Of a DNA stretch of 64,000 bases, positions 18,856-29,037 are shown piece by piece. Below the pieces are notes generated by a model. The model made no database searches. It saw nothing but the letters and a program-made list of their open reading frames with translations, and was not told the DNA's origin. A program made the position numbers and the translations under genes. Source of the stretch: Candidatus Micrarchaeota archaeon. Lineage in GTDB: Archaea > Micrarchaeota > Micrarchaeia > Anstonellales > Bilamarchaeaceae. Position 1 is the stretch's first letter; the number at the start of each line of letters is the position of its first letter. The DNA lies in NCBI GenBank assembly GCA_040753215.1, contig JBFMEZ010000013.1, forward strand, positions 32,001-96,000. Direction: 5' to 3'.

Positions 18856-20034
18856 TATCACTGAAAGACCGCCAACAATTCTCTTGGTTAAGTCCGATAT
18901 CCGAGAAAATTCCTTATCAACTATCTGCCCGATGGCTTCCCTAATCGAATTAAAGCATTTTCTGCCCGTGCTTAATGAAATTGTTGCATTTGCAGGCATG
19001 TCAATAGGATGCCCAATTCTTGAAAGCAAATAAACATCTACATTTTCTACAAATGGGAATTCTCTTACAACCCTTTCAGCGATTTCAAATGCAAGAACCG
19101 AGTAGATTTTTCCAGTATGGCTTACCGGATTTTTGCCAGCAGTCGCTTCTAATGTCATCGGCCTGAAAGGAGTAATCAATCCGTTTGCACGGTTCCCTCT
19201 CCCGACCGAGCCATCGTCACCCATCTCCGCACTCGTACCGCTCAAAGTCAGGTATATTGAACCGGCTTCTTCATTATCCGCATTGTTTACCTTTACTCTT
19301 ACATTTCCGATTTCTCTGGTTTCGGCAAAATCTATCACCTCGCGCTCTATGGTCTTTTTGGCTTCTATGTATTCATCCATATTCGTTATATGCCTGGAAA
19401 CAATCGCAATTGCAATAGTAAGCTCTATCCCATCACCGTTTCGCAATCCCATTACCTTTACATCCTCGCCCGCCCAAGGGTATCTCGCCTTAAACTGTTC
19501 CGCGTTCAGATATTTCTCAACTTCCAATACCAGTTTTTCGAGCCTGCTTAGTGGTGCATAGCCAACCCCAAAACTCGTATCATTGGCTAGTGGAATGCCC
19601 GGTCTTCCTGACATCTCATCCCACTTCGGCCAGATCTCAGTGATGGTGGATTGTATCGCTACGCCCTTGGAAAGGTCCAGATGCCTTACGCTCCTTCTGA
19701 TGTGCTCTTCGGTTGCTTCTCTTGCGATTTCTTCCACAGGAACGCCCCCAAATGCCCTCCCGCTTAATACTATCCGAATTGGTTTCGTAAACCGCCCGCC
19801 CCCGAATTCCACTTCCGTTGCACCGCCACATACCAGCCCCTTATCCACATTATGATGCCTTACCCTGCTGAATTTGTTGATGTATGCTTCACTTAGGCGA
19901 CGGCTTACGTTTTCCATTATGCCGTCTATCAGCGTATCTGGATGGCCGATGCCCTTCCGCTCGACCATTTCAACAGGTCGCTTATGTATCGTTGTCCCGC
20001 TGTTCCTTTCAACAATTATACTTCTCACGTGCAT
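18853..20034 (-). CDS. mat: archaeal-type S-adenosylmethionine synthetase
   Basis: ERKGIGHPD, HHNVDK, ANDTS, GEDVKVM, GDDGSVGRGNRANG, GKNPVSHTGKIY. Confidence 0.95.
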   Translation of the reverse strand: MHVRSIIVERNSGTTIHKRPVEMVERKGIGHPDTLIDGIMENVSRRLSEAYINKFSRVRHHNVDKGLVCGGATEVEFGGGRFTKPIRIVLSGRAFGGVPVEEIAREATEEHIRRSVRHLDLSKGVAIQSTITEIWPKWDEMSGRPGIPLANDTSFGVGYAPLSRLEKLVLEVEKYLNAEQFKARYPWAGEDVKVMGLRNGDGIELTIAIAIVSRHITNMDEYIEAKKTIEREVIDFAETREIGNVRVKVNNADNEEAGSIYLTLSGTSAEMGDDGSVGRGNRANGLITPFRPMTLEATAGKNPVSHTGKIYSVLAFEIAERVVREFPFVENVDVYLLSRIGHPIDMPANATISLSTGRKCFNSIREAIGQIVDKEFSRISDLTKRIVGGLSVI

Positions 20035-21017
20035 CCCTCTTCCCGGAAAGGCTCATGGATGACCATGAAGCCTCGGTTAGTGCCAAAGTAAACATTGCAG
20101 CGCATTGTGGCGTCGCCCAATTCCATCGTACGATGAAGCATCCCCCTTTCTATGCGCTCAAAATGCACATACGAACCGGTATGAAATCCTTCATTTTCTA
20201 TATAGAAATTCACAACGACATTGCAGCCCTTATCAAGCAGCTGTTGCACAGCATCCGAAGCTTTCCCTGGGCATGGCCTTCCCATGCAGAAATCGCAGTA
20301 GCAGAGTTCGGCATCATCCGGTTTTCGTGTGGCGCAAGCCAAATCGCTTTGCAGATATACTGCCGTTTCAGGAGCCGCCCCATAGATTCTCTCAATTAGT
20401 TTTAGCCATGCAGCCAGTCTTTTTGTGTATTCCAATACAAGGCCAGCGTTTGGTTTGCTAATGTCCGTAGAATCGACCGAAGCTTCATTATCTGGGCAAA
20501 TCGAGACTACTGATTGGATGCCTCTCCTCTCGGCTACGCCCGCCAAAGTAAGCCCGATGCTTGCCATGGCATTCAGGATTCGCTGATGGTAGAGTGCAAG
20601 GTCAAGCCTGCGAATGCCCGACTCCCTAGTTCCTTCGAAGCCGAGGGCAATGCGTCCTTCATGCTCGCTCAACTGTTGCCCATTTTTCCTTTTTTCTATC
20701 ACGTCCTTATATTTTGAAGCATACTTCCTGAGGCCTGTGGCTATTGCTACCGAAGGATTCCCAATCTGTACCCCAAGTTTTGAGCCGGCGGGAACACGCC
20801 TTAGGAGCGGCTCGAAATCCGTTTCGACCTTCACCTGCAATGGACTCTTGAATTCTACCCCAACTGGATTGCCATGCTGCACAAATGCGGCAGTAAACAG
20901 GCAGGCAAGCATCCTTTCTGGGTTTTTTTCTTCTACCGGCTCCTGTTTGCTGAAATAAAAGGCTTTGATCCTGCCTCTCTCGCACAATTCCCTTGCCTTA
21001 TGCATCGCTTGCATCAT
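20025..21017 (-). CDS. hypothetical protein with CxCxxC motif
   Basis: Overlaps both neighbours in the operon; LCYCDFCMGRPC. Confidence 0.65.
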   Translation of the reverse strand: MMQAMHKARELCERGRIKAFYFSKQEPVEEKNPERMLACLFTAAFVQHGNPVGVEFKSPLQVKVETDFEPLLRRVPAGSKLGVQIGNPSVAIATGLRKYASKYKDVIEKRKNGQQLSEHEGRIALGFEGTRESGIRRLDLALYHQRILNAMASIGLTLAGVAERRGIQSVVSICPDNEASVDSTDISKPNAGLVLEYTKRLAAWLKLIERIYGAAPETAVYLQSDLACATRKPDDAELCYCDFCMGRPCPGKASDAVQQLLDKGCNVVVNFYIENEGFHTGSYVHFERIERGMLHRTMELGDATMRCNVYFGTNRGFMVIHEPFREEGCT

Positions 21018-21996
21018 TAACACCCCGAAGCACTCCATTCTCATCGAAATAGATTCCAGAGCCGCTGTTTACCACCAGCACAGATTTATCCGATGGAATG
21101 GCGGTCTTCCTTGCAGCGGCGAATGCCACAGCAGCACTTGGCTCCGCCTTTATGCCCACTTTCTTCAGCGCAAGATATGCTGGCATGATTTCGTCTTCTT
21201 CAACTACAACCACTTCGCCGAATTCAGGGAGAGTCCTCACTATTCTCTCAAACAATTCGGACCAAGGCGTGACCAGCTTTTCTGCAATTGAGCAGGCACC
21301 TGGAGCCGTATCACCAGCGAATATGTTGGCCCCCACGGTCGCTGCGAACAGCCGCGGCAGATTTTCTCCGGCTCTGTGCAGTTCATCAAGAAGATATAGC
21401 AGAGAATTTACCGCCTCTCCCCCGCCCAGAGGCATGAAAATGGCATCTGGTTTTTCAGCAACAACCTCTTCTGCAAGGTGCATATAGCTAAATGCATAAT
21501 TCTCGGCATCTATGCAATCCCTTTTGTCGTCCTTTATCCCGGTTTTTGCTGCTTCTAAAATTTCCTGCCGTGTGAAAATCTTTTTTTGCAATGGCAATCT
21601 TACAAGAACAGAATGCCTTTCAAGCACTTTCTGTATCCTAAGGTCCAGCTCTTCGTCTATTATGCTTACCGCAAGGACGCCATCTTCCCTGGCAACTTCG
21701 TTGATTTGGTTGTACTCATCCGCCACATTCCCAAGGCTGTGGCCTGCGGTAGTGTAGACTATAGAGTATAGAGCAGGGTTTCTCGCCCCAAAATCATTCA
21801 CCAGCCTTGCACTGCGGTAGTCCTTGAATGTGCCCGAAGAAAAACCGCCCGAGGTCCGAACCGCACTGCAATCTTTTATCAGCAGGTTATTTTTTCCGCA
21901 GAATTCTTCCACACTAGGGTTTCTAAGAACTGGCGCAGGAACTATAACGACTCCTTTTCTCTCCATACGTTTGCTCATCATATCATCAATTATCAC
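20998..21996 (-). CDS. PLP-dependent fold-type II enzyme (threonine/cysteate synthase-like)
   Basis: SGTFKD Schiff-base Lys, PLGGG phosphate loop, AEPSAAVAFA, VNSGSG. Confidence 0.8.
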   Translation of the reverse strand: MIIDDMMSKRMERKGVVIVPAPVLRNPSVEEFCGKNNLLIKDCSAVRTSGGFSSGTFKDYRSARLVNDFGARNPALYSIVYTTAGHSLGNVADEYNQINEVAREDGVLAVSIIDEELDLRIQKVLERHSVLVRLPLQKKIFTRQEILEAAKTGIKDDKRDCIDAENYAFSYMHLAEEVVAEKPDAIFMPLGGGEAVNSLLYLLDELHRAGENLPRLFAATVGANIFAGDTAPGACSIAEKLVTPWSELFERIVRTLPEFGEVVVVEEDEIMPAYLALKKVGIKAEPSAAVAFAAARKTAIPSDKSVLVVNSGSGIYFDENGVLRGVNDASDA

Positions 21997-22077
21997 AAAC
22001 GATTAATATAAAATCTACCATCAATTTTTCTGACAAAAATGGTTAATAATTTAAATTATTACATCTATGTCCTAATA

Positions 22078-23067
22078 ATGCCTTACAAGATTGATAACAT
22101 AGACCGACGAATCCTCTTTGAGCTCGACAAGAATTGCCGGATAAGCGACAACCAGATTGCTAAGCTTGTTGGCAGGAGCAGGGAGTCTGTCGGCTATAGA
22201 ATCAAACAGCTTCAAAAGAAAGGCATACTGCAAGGTTTTCTTACGTCCATAAACCCCAGCAAATATGGCTACATGTTCTTCAAGCTGTATTTTCAGCTTG
22301 CAAACATCCCGAAGGAACGTGAGCGGTTTTTCGAGTATATGAAGAAATTGCCTGGCCTATACTGGATAGGGATTAATGATGGTGTCTGGGACACCCATGC
22401 AACCCTGTATGCCAAGAATGTAAAGGAATTTTATAAGATAAAAAATCAGATTTATTCGGAGTTCAAGGATTTGATAATCAAGCGGGATACCGGAGTTTTG
22501 GTTAATGTAAGGCAGTACAAGAAAAAATACCTCATAGAAGATGGGAGCAAAATACCGGATTATGATTCTTGTGTCATGTTTTCAGATGATATTGTTCCTA
22601 ACGAAATTGACGAGCTTGACAGAAAAATCCTCAATATACTGCTGAACAATGCCAGGATTCCACTTGTGGATCTGGCCAAACAAACCAAATCTACGGTTGA
22701 TGTAGTCCGAAACAGGATGAAGAAGTTGCAGGAAAAGGGAATAATCCTGCAATACAGAATTGCAGTGGACCATTCAAAACTCGGTTATGAATTTTTCAAG
22801 GCTTTTCTGTACTTTAACAACCTTAGCGAAGAAGACGAGCAAAGATTGTTCGAATATGCAAAGGGGCATCCGAGCATCATATATCTCATAAGGCAGGTTT
22901 CAAGCTGGGATGTTGAGCTGGAGATGGTTTGTAAGAGCTACGAAGATTTCACTTCCATCATGAACGATATTCGAAAAAGATTCGCAACCTCTTTGAGAAA
23001 CTATGAATCTGTCTTTATGAAGGAGGATATCTGGGTGTTTGGCGAGAAGGATATTTTTGAAAAATAA
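22078..23067 (+). CDS. tandem-domain Lrp/AsnC family regulator
   Basis: Two HTH-Lrp units (IDNIDRRILFELDKNCR; IDELDRKILNILLNNAR). Confidence 0.9.
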   Translation: MPYKIDNIDRRILFELDKNCRISDNQIAKLVGRSRESVGYRIKQLQKKGILQGFLTSINPSKYGYMFFKLYFQLANIPKERERFFEYMKKLPGLYWIGINDGVWDTHATLYAKNVKEFYKIKNQIYSEFKDLIIKRDTGVLVNVRQYKKKYLIEDGSKIPDYDSCVMFSDDIVPNEIDELDRKILNILLNNARIPLVDLAKQTKSTVDVVRNRMKKLQEKGIILQYRIAVDHSKLGYEFFKAFLYFNNLSEEDEQRLFEYAKGHPSIIYLIRQVSSWDVELEMVCKSYEDFTSIMNDIRKRFATSLRNYESVFMKEDIWVFGEKDIFEK

Positions 23068-23070
23068 AAT

Positions 23071-23099
23071 GAGCGCCGGAAGGCGAGAACGAGCGACTA
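23071..23099 (+). repeat. module-boundary direct repeat, copy 2
   Basis: GAGCGCCGGAAGGCGAGAACGAGCGACTA. Confidence 0.85.
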
Positions 23100-23131
23100 C
23101 AATCGGTTTGACAGAACAATCAGAAAAGTAG

Positions 23132-23788
23132 CTATGGAACAGCTGGGTCAATCAAATTCTTCTGTTCAGGTGTGCCGAGATACTCCTGTTTTGCCTCGTT
23201 ATCAAATTCCGGCCTTATCATTTTTGCACGGAGCTGAGCAGAAAGGGAGAGTTCCCTTTCGGGCTTTATCACTAAGCCCTCCATGGCGGAGTTTCTTCCT
23301 GTGATTGGATCCACTGCGTATGCTGATGTAATAGACATCAGAGGAGAAAGCTCGGACGCGTCACGGAAATTTCCTGATGCAACTATTGGCACCGGGAAGA
23401 AATCTGCCGGAACCGTGTCCGGTACGCACAACAGCCCTTTGCGTATATCGGATGATAGATGCATTCTGCCTTCCGAATCAAGGAAAACCTCTTTTTCCAT
23501 GTCAAAAATGTCAAAAACCGCATATCTGCCCGGGATTCTATAAAAAACTGAACGCATCACGAGCAAATCTTCTGCAAAGACAAGGTATCTGCACCCTGCA
23601 AGGAATGCGCGCGGCTCTCCGTCCATCTTTTCTTCCACAACTACTTTCCTTGCGAAAAGTGCGCGAAGCTGTTCCGGAGTCAGGTGGTTTTTTGTCAGCG
23701 GCATCCCATCTGCAGCGATTCTCCTTGGCTTGAAATACCGCACCTGCGGGAACCTATGGTCGCATAAAATGCCGTTGTCGTTATACAT
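23132..23788 (-). CDS. ATP-dependent RNA ligase-family nucleotidyltransferase
   Basis: Motifs I EEKMDG, III FAE, IIIa VFDI, IV EGLVIK, V RAKMI. Confidence 0.8.
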   Translation of the reverse strand: MYNDNGILCDHRFPQVRYFKPRRIAADGMPLTKNHLTPEQLRALFARKVVVEEKMDGEPRAFLAGCRYLVFAEDLLVMRSVFYRIPGRYAVFDIFDMEKEVFLDSEGRMHLSSDIRKGLLCVPDTVPADFFPVPIVASGNFRDASELSPLMSITSAYAVDPITGRNSAMEGLVIKPERELSLSAQLRAKMIRPEFDNEAKQEYLGTPEQKNLIDPAVP

Positions 23789-23798
23789 CGCAATCCCT

Positions 23799-24740
23799 TC
23801 ATAGTTCTGGCAGCGAAAGAGTGGGCTCTTCCTTGCTTACACGCTTGGCTGCAGGATAGTAGCGTCTTATGGCCTCCAGAACCATCTTTGTCTGGACAAT
23901 GCGCTCCCTTAACTCTTCTTCAGTAGGCAGATGGTTCTGGTCCTGTTGGGAAACCGGACCGCATTTCAGATAGACTGGAGAAGCAATCCTGATAAACTCC
24001 GGAACCTCGTATGTTCTTATGAAACCTCCTGCCACAAGCGCAGTATCTGTGAATATATCTATCGGACAATCAATTGCAGCCCTTATCGCGCCAAGCATTG
24101 GCAGTTCCAGGTCAGGGACTGGGTTTATTGTATCTGCCCCATTTTGTGCGTATACCGCACAAGAAGCTGGATTGGAGCAGCCACAATGAACCGAGAGCTT
24201 GAAGATTGTGCTAGGAGGGAGTTCTCCATCTTTTCTCATGCGGTTCAGGACATGCAGCAGTCCTTCATCATAAACAAGGATGCCCCTTACTCCCAGCCCG
24301 ATGACCCTTTTCACGTCTTCTACGGCCCTTACGAGATTTTCCATTCCCCTAAGCCTATACCCTATTCTTGAGCCGTTGGGCGTTTTTGCGAAGGCGCTGG
24401 TGTCATAAAGAGCCCTCGGGCCAACGGACATCACGAGGCCGATCCTGTTTTCCCTGCACAGCTTTGCCATTTCTAAGATTTCCTTGTCCGTAAGCCGGAA
24501 TATTCCTCTGCACTCATCAAACCTGTCCGCAGAAATGCCCTGCTCACCGAGCAATCGGAATGCCCTCTTCATAATCCTGAGATTGTTCATGCTGGAAAGT
24601 TCTATCCCATACTGCCCGCCCCTGGAAAATGCCTTCCTGGAAGGGGGCAGCCCGTAAAGGTCGGAAGGCGGCAGGCCCAATTTCCGCAGGTATCGCCGGG
24701 TATCCCTGCCCACCAGAAGTGCAACAGAACTCTTCGTCAT
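23799..24740 (-). CDS. peptidase U32-like TIM-barrel protein
   Basis: GVRGILVYDEGLL, FKLSVHCGCSNP, GADTINP, SPVYLKCG. Confidence 0.7.
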   Translation of the reverse strand: MTKSSVALLVGRDTRRYLRKLGLPPSDLYGLPPSRKAFSRGGQYGIELSSMNNLRIMKRAFRLLGEQGISADRFDECRGIFRLTDKEILEMAKLCRENRIGLVMSVGPRALYDTSAFAKTPNGSRIGYRLRGMENLVRAVEDVKRVIGLGVRGILVYDEGLLHVLNRMRKDGELPPSTIFKLSVHCGCSNPASCAVYAQNGADTINPVPDLELPMLGAIRAAIDCPIDIFTDTALVAGGFIRTYEVPEFIRIASPVYLKCGPVSQQDQNHLPTEEELRERIVQTKMVLEAIRRYYPAAKRVSKEEPTLSLPEL

Positions 24741-26239
24741 CTCGCCACCATCCCGATTCTTTCCCTGTTAAATTTTCCCTTCAGGAAATATTTCGCAAAG
24801 ATGCGGAAATAGAACGCGTCCTCCTTCGTCCGTATTGAGAATTCAGGATACGCAGACCTTATATCTGAAAACTCTCCATCCGAAAGCCTGCTGACCAATT
24901 TCGCATATTCATCCTGCTCAAATTCCCTTCTCCTGCCTGCACCGACCGGAAAGGGGCACTTCTCCCTGCCTATAACGAACTCCGGGACTTCACTCCTGAA
25001 TGCTTCCCTCAAAATCCATTTCGTAGTGTTGTTGTGCACTTTCAGAGAAGGGGGCAAGCCCATGGCATACTCAACCAGCTCTTTATCCAAAAATGGAACC
25101 CTCACCTCGACCCCGTGCGCCATGGACATCCTGTCCACCCTCTGCAGCTGCGTCCTATGGAGAAGGCGCAGATATTCCATCAGCCTGGCCTGCAACTCAG
25201 CTTCGCTCCGGATTTGCCTGAACTCAGAATAGCCTCCAAATATCTCATCCGCACCTTCTCCAGAGAGGGCGACCTTTATCCCGCAATCGTGGACCATCTT
25301 TGCAAGATAATAAGATAATCCAAGCGTATTGACCTGGTTTGGCTCAAAGGTTTCACCAAAATAGATGAACATTTCAAGCTCTTTTTCAACATCAATCATC
25401 TTCGGATCAAATACCTTCAACTCAACCCCGAAATATTCCGCAACTCTCCTTGCATATGACAAATCTTCTGAGCCATTCCCGCCAACGCAGAAAGCCGTAA
25501 CATCCTGATGGCATTCCAGTGCGTATTTCAATACAAGCGTGCTGTCAACCCCTCCGCTAACCAAAACCGCAACAGGCAGGTCGATCTGAACCCTTTTTCT
25601 GACCGCTTCGCGGAAAAGGGTCCTGAGCCGCTTTTTGATTTCCCCAGGCTCTTCCGGAGGCTTGCTGCCTTGCATCCGGAAATACCTGTGTATTTTCCCA
25701 TCGAGAAAGCAGGCGCCTGGCTCCAGAACCTTTATCTCTTCTGCATTGAGATGCGCCAGCGCCTTCATCTCAGAGGCAAAAGCCATGCAGCCATCCATTT
25801 CAGCGTAGTGGAACGGCTTTATCCCGAACGGGTCCCTTGCCGCAAGGATTACATCTTTCCTGGAGTCGTAGATGATGAAGGCAAACTGCCCATCCAGCTT
25901 CTGAAGCAGATCCGGCCCCCATTCTTCATATCCATGCACCAGCACTTCAGTATCCGAGTCGGTCCTGAATCCATGGTTCCCCAGCAAGCTTCTAAGCTCT
26001 CCATGATTGTAGATTTCCCCGTTGAAAACAACGAAAATAGAATTGTCTTCATTCGGCATTGGCTGCCTCGCGTTTTCCCTATCCACTATCGCAAGCCTAT
26101 GGGCGCCCAGAAGGCAATTCTTCAGCATCCTGCACTCATTCTTCTTATCGCCCCTGTGCTCCATCGCGCCCAGCATGCTGGCTAGCAGCTCTCTCTTTTG
26201 CATTGCTTTATGGCCACATACTGCAGCTATCCCGCACAT
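24737..26239 (-). CDS. asnB: asparagine synthase (glutamine-hydrolysing) family amidotransferase
   Basis: MCGI Ntn start, HRG, NGEIYN, SGGVDS, SGEGADEIFGGY, EVRVPFLD. Confidence 0.93.
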   Translation of the reverse strand: MCGIAAVCGHKAMQKRELLASMLGAMEHRGDKKNECRMLKNCLLGAHRLAIVDRENARQPMPNEDNSIFVVFNGEIYNHGELRSLLGNHGFRTDSDTEVLVHGYEEWGPDLLQKLDGQFAFIIYDSRKDVILAARDPFGIKPFHYAEMDGCMAFASEMKALAHLNAEEIKVLEPGACFLDGKIHRYFRMQGSKPPEEPGEIKKRLRTLFREAVRKRVQIDLPVAVLVSGGVDSTLVLKYALECHQDVTAFCVGGNGSEDLSYARRVAEYFGVELKVFDPKMIDVEKELEMFIYFGETFEPNQVNTLGLSYYLAKMVHDCGIKVALSGEGADEIFGGYSEFRQIRSEAELQARLMEYLRLLHRTQLQRVDRMSMAHGVEVRVPFLDKELVEYAMGLPPSLKVHNNTTKWILREAFRSEVPEFVIGREKCPFPVGAGRRREFEQDEYAKLVSRLSDGEFSDIRSAYPEFSIRTKEDAFYFRIFAKYFLKGKFNRERIGMVAR

Positions 26240-26340
26240 TTTACCACTATTAATAAACATCCAGAGCTTATTTTATGCTTTATCCTCCCAAAAGAGACTA
26301 TTAAGCAAACAATTAAATACCCGGAAAGGGAAAACAAACC

Positions 26341-27069
26341 ATGGACATTTCGATAATGGAAGACCTCGGGCTTACGCAGGCGGAAATCAAGGTGTATATG
26401 GCACTACTGGAGCTTGGAAGCACGACCGCAGGAAAGGTGGTGGAGCGCTCAGGGCTCCAGAACTCGGTCGTGCACAGGGCACTGAACTCCCTTATAGAAA
26501 GGGGGCTGATAAATTACATACTCGAAGGAAGAAGGAGGACCTACCAGGCCACTGACCCAAAGAACTTCTTCAATTTCATAGAAGACAAGAAGAAGAGGTT
26601 TGAGCAGGTACTGCCCGAATTGAAAAAGAAACAGCAGCTGGCAGGGAAAAAGGAAGTTGCGACCGTATATAAGGGGCCGAGGGGGCTAAAGGAGGTCTAC
26701 AATACGATAATCGGCAGCAAGGCGAAAGAATACCTCACTTTTGGGGGAGGGAAGCCATGCGAGGATTTGCTTGGGACTGCGTGGTGGCTGAACATGCATA
26801 AGAGAAGGGTTGCGAACGGGCTTCCCGCCCGGCAGATTTACGATGAGACGGTGAGGGAAATAGGAAAGGAGGTAAATAAGATGCCGTTGTCCGAAGTGCG
26901 CTTTGTTTCCAAGGAATTCGCGCAGCTGCAGGAAACGGTAATCGCAGGGGATTACGTGGCGATTAATGTGTTCACCGAGAGCCCCTATGGCTTCCTTATA
27001 AGGGACAGGATAGTGGCAGATGGGTACAGGAAGCATTTTGAGCTTCTTTGGAAGCTGGCAAAGAAATAA
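26341..27069 (+). CDS. TrmB family transcriptional regulator
   Basis: LGLTQAEIKVYMALLELG wHTH; FELLWKLAK C-terminus. Confidence 0.9.
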   Translation: MDISIMEDLGLTQAEIKVYMALLELGSTTAGKVVERSGLQNSVVHRALNSLIERGLINYILEGRRRTYQATDPKNFFNFIEDKKKRFEQVLPELKKKQQLAGKKEVATVYKGPRGLKEVYNTIIGSKAKEYLTFGGGKPCEDLLGTAWWLNMHKRRVANGLPARQIYDETVREIGKEVNKMPLSEVRFVSKEFAQLQETVIAGDYVAINVFTESPYGFLIRDRIVADGYRKHFELLWKLAKK

Positions 27070-27072
27070 AAC

Positions 27073-27091
27073 GAGCACGCCGGAAGGCGAG
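27073..27091 (+). repeat. module-boundary direct repeat, copy 3 (partial)
   Basis: GAGCACGCCGGAAGGCGAG followed by a small hairpin. Confidence 0.75.
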
Positions 27092-27194
27092 GAAAAAGTT
27101 TGGAAACTTTGTCCGCTACTGGAAATCCCGGATTCCCGATTCAAGAATGAGAGACTATATCCTATCCTCATTAGTGAGAGAGTTCTCACTAATG

Positions 27195-27402
27195 TTAGTC
27201 CCGGACTTCATATGCAATTAGATTATCAAATTCCCGGTTTCTGCAGTAAGGCAGGGATGCGGCCAGATCTATTGCTTCTTCCTTCGAACCCGCTTCCACC
27301 CTACCGATAACGACCGCATCTTCGGTTTCCCCGAACGCCATTCTTCATCAGAAATTCGGTTCTGACCGATTTTCCAACTTCCAATACTATGTAGTTTGCC
27401 AT
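27195..27402 (-). pseudogene. probable frameshifted small gene
   Basis: MANYIVLEVGK... continues in another frame as ...AVVIGRVEAGSKEEAIDLA... Confidence 0.3.
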
Positions 27403-27536
27403 GCGAACACCTCAACCCGCCCGCTTCGGTCCGCGCCTTTCCAATTTTTCCATCCAGGCATTTATGTACAAGAGCGAGGCTTCTTCCCAGTCCGCGAACT
27501 CAGCTTTCATTTCTCGGATTTCTTTTTTTGAAGGTT

Positions 27537-28883
27537 TCATTTCCCGACCACCTTCCAATACCCTCCCTTATCCGGCCCGAAGTGCCTTATTTTGCCCGCC
27601 TTCTTAAGCCTTTCAAGGTGGTATTTCACTCCATCTTCGGTGATTCCAATTATCCCGGCAAGCTCTTTGCGCGAAACCATCGGATTATTACTAATCGCCT
27701 CAAGGATTTTCTGGGTAGTTTTCTGGGTAGTTTTCTGGGTAGTTTCTGGGTGGCGCATCGAAGGCTTATGGGCCTTTGGCCTGAAGAATACAACCCTGAA
27801 ACCAGTCTTCATTTTCTTGAATTCCACTTTTACTCCATTTGCCTTGCACTCGTCATAAATCCTCTTCAGGCCGGAACCCCATCTCTCAATATCCTTGCTG
27901 CGGAAAAGCGCTTCTGCAATGAGAGGATTGCGTGGAATGGATGGCTCATTCCTGAATATGTAGTCCTCGGGCTCAAGATTTTCAGGAAACGTGCCCGGGT
28001 TGTCTATTTCTATGCGGTCTTTGTATATCGCGATATAATTGCTCTGCGGAGAGCTATAATCCCTATGGCATAGGGAATTCACTATGGCTTCACGAAGCGC
28101 ATCCAGGGGTATCTCCGGTATCTCTTCGCGCTCAAGCTTTCCGAATTTTACCCTCCAGGTGATATTCTTTTTGACGTACTCCGCCGAATCCTTCAGCAAT
28201 CCAAACAAACTCTGCCCCTCAAACTGCTGGATATCCAAGAAAGTGAGCTTCTCAACACCTGCAAAAACCGCCGCCTGCACTTTAACGGGGTTCTTGGAGG
28301 AAAAAAGGACCTGCGCAGCCCGCAATACCCTTCCGTTTCTCATCAGCCCCAGCTTTCCAAGCGTGGCTTCCACGCTTTGGAAGCCAAAATCAATCCTTCC
28401 CGCTTCGTTTGCCTTTTTTACGAACTCCCTGGCGAGCCGGGAATCAATATCCTTAATGCTGCAATCCGACAATTGATTATCCCACTGCATCTTGTCCTTG
28501 TTCTTGTAAAGGATAAGTTTCTCCAGCTCTGAAGCGCTTACCTGGCGGTCCTCGTCGCCAACGCGCATATACGCCCTGCCAAATGCGAAATAAGGGCGAG
28601 CATCCCCGGAAAACGAAACGTAGATGCACTCAGAACCATCTATTTTCACCTTTTTTATTTCTGGGTATATCTTGGGTTCAATATTGTCTGAAATAAACTG
28701 CGAAACATCGCGGAGCGTCTTCTCATTAACCAGTTGCCCAACAACCTCCCCATCATTCTTTATTCCGAAATAAAGCTCACCGGCGCCATGCTTGTTCAGG
28801 ATGGAAACTATGGATATGGCTGCCTCCTTCAGTTCCGATGTGGACCTCTTCAACTCAAGAACCTCGTTCTCCCTAAACTTCAT
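27537..28883 (-). CDS. Schlafen/AlbA_2 + HATPase-like + HTH protein
   Basis: ENEVLELKRS, GELYFGIKNDG, LREAIVNSLCHRDY, PRNPLIA, IERWGSGL, TTQK x3, GPDKGGYW. Confidence 0.9.
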   Translation of the reverse strand: MKFRENEVLELKRSTSELKEAAISIVSILNKHGAGELYFGIKNDGEVVGQLVNEKTLRDVSQFISDNIEPKIYPEIKKVKIDGSECIYVSFSGDARPYFAFGRAYMRVGDEDRQVSASELEKLILYKNKDKMQWDNQLSDCSIKDIDSRLAREFVKKANEAGRIDFGFQSVEATLGKLGLMRNGRVLRAAQVLFSSKNPVKVQAAVFAGVEKLTFLDIQQFEGQSLFGLLKDSAEYVKKNITWRVKFGKLEREEIPEIPLDALREAIVNSLCHRDYSSPQSNYIAIYKDRIEIDNPGTFPENLEPEDYIFRNEPSIPRNPLIAEALFRSKDIERWGSGLKRIYDECKANGVKVEFKKMKTGFRVVFFRPKAHKPSMRHPETTQKTTQKTTQKILEAISNNPMVSRKELAGIIGITEDGVKYHLERLKKAGKIRHFGPDKGGYWKVVGK

Positions 28884-29037
28884 ATTCCGGCCCTCCAGAA
28901 ACTGCCGTGCAGCTTCTTTTATTCCATCGTTTAAAAAGGTTCTTGGGGTTCTTTTCCGTTATCAATTAAACCCCAGACTTCAGTTTGCCTTAATAGCAAA
29001 TGATAACATTTTTTTGTTATCAATTGTTATATATCGG

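Noticed and set aside
18825..27091. Repeats as CRISPR array or integron attC sites
   Set aside because: Spacing is about 4 kb, no cas genes, and no RYYYAAC/GTTRRRY attC ends
27706..27750. 12-bp tandem repeat (TTQK x3) as a novel element
   Set aside because: Such short linker repeats before the HTH are common in this protein family
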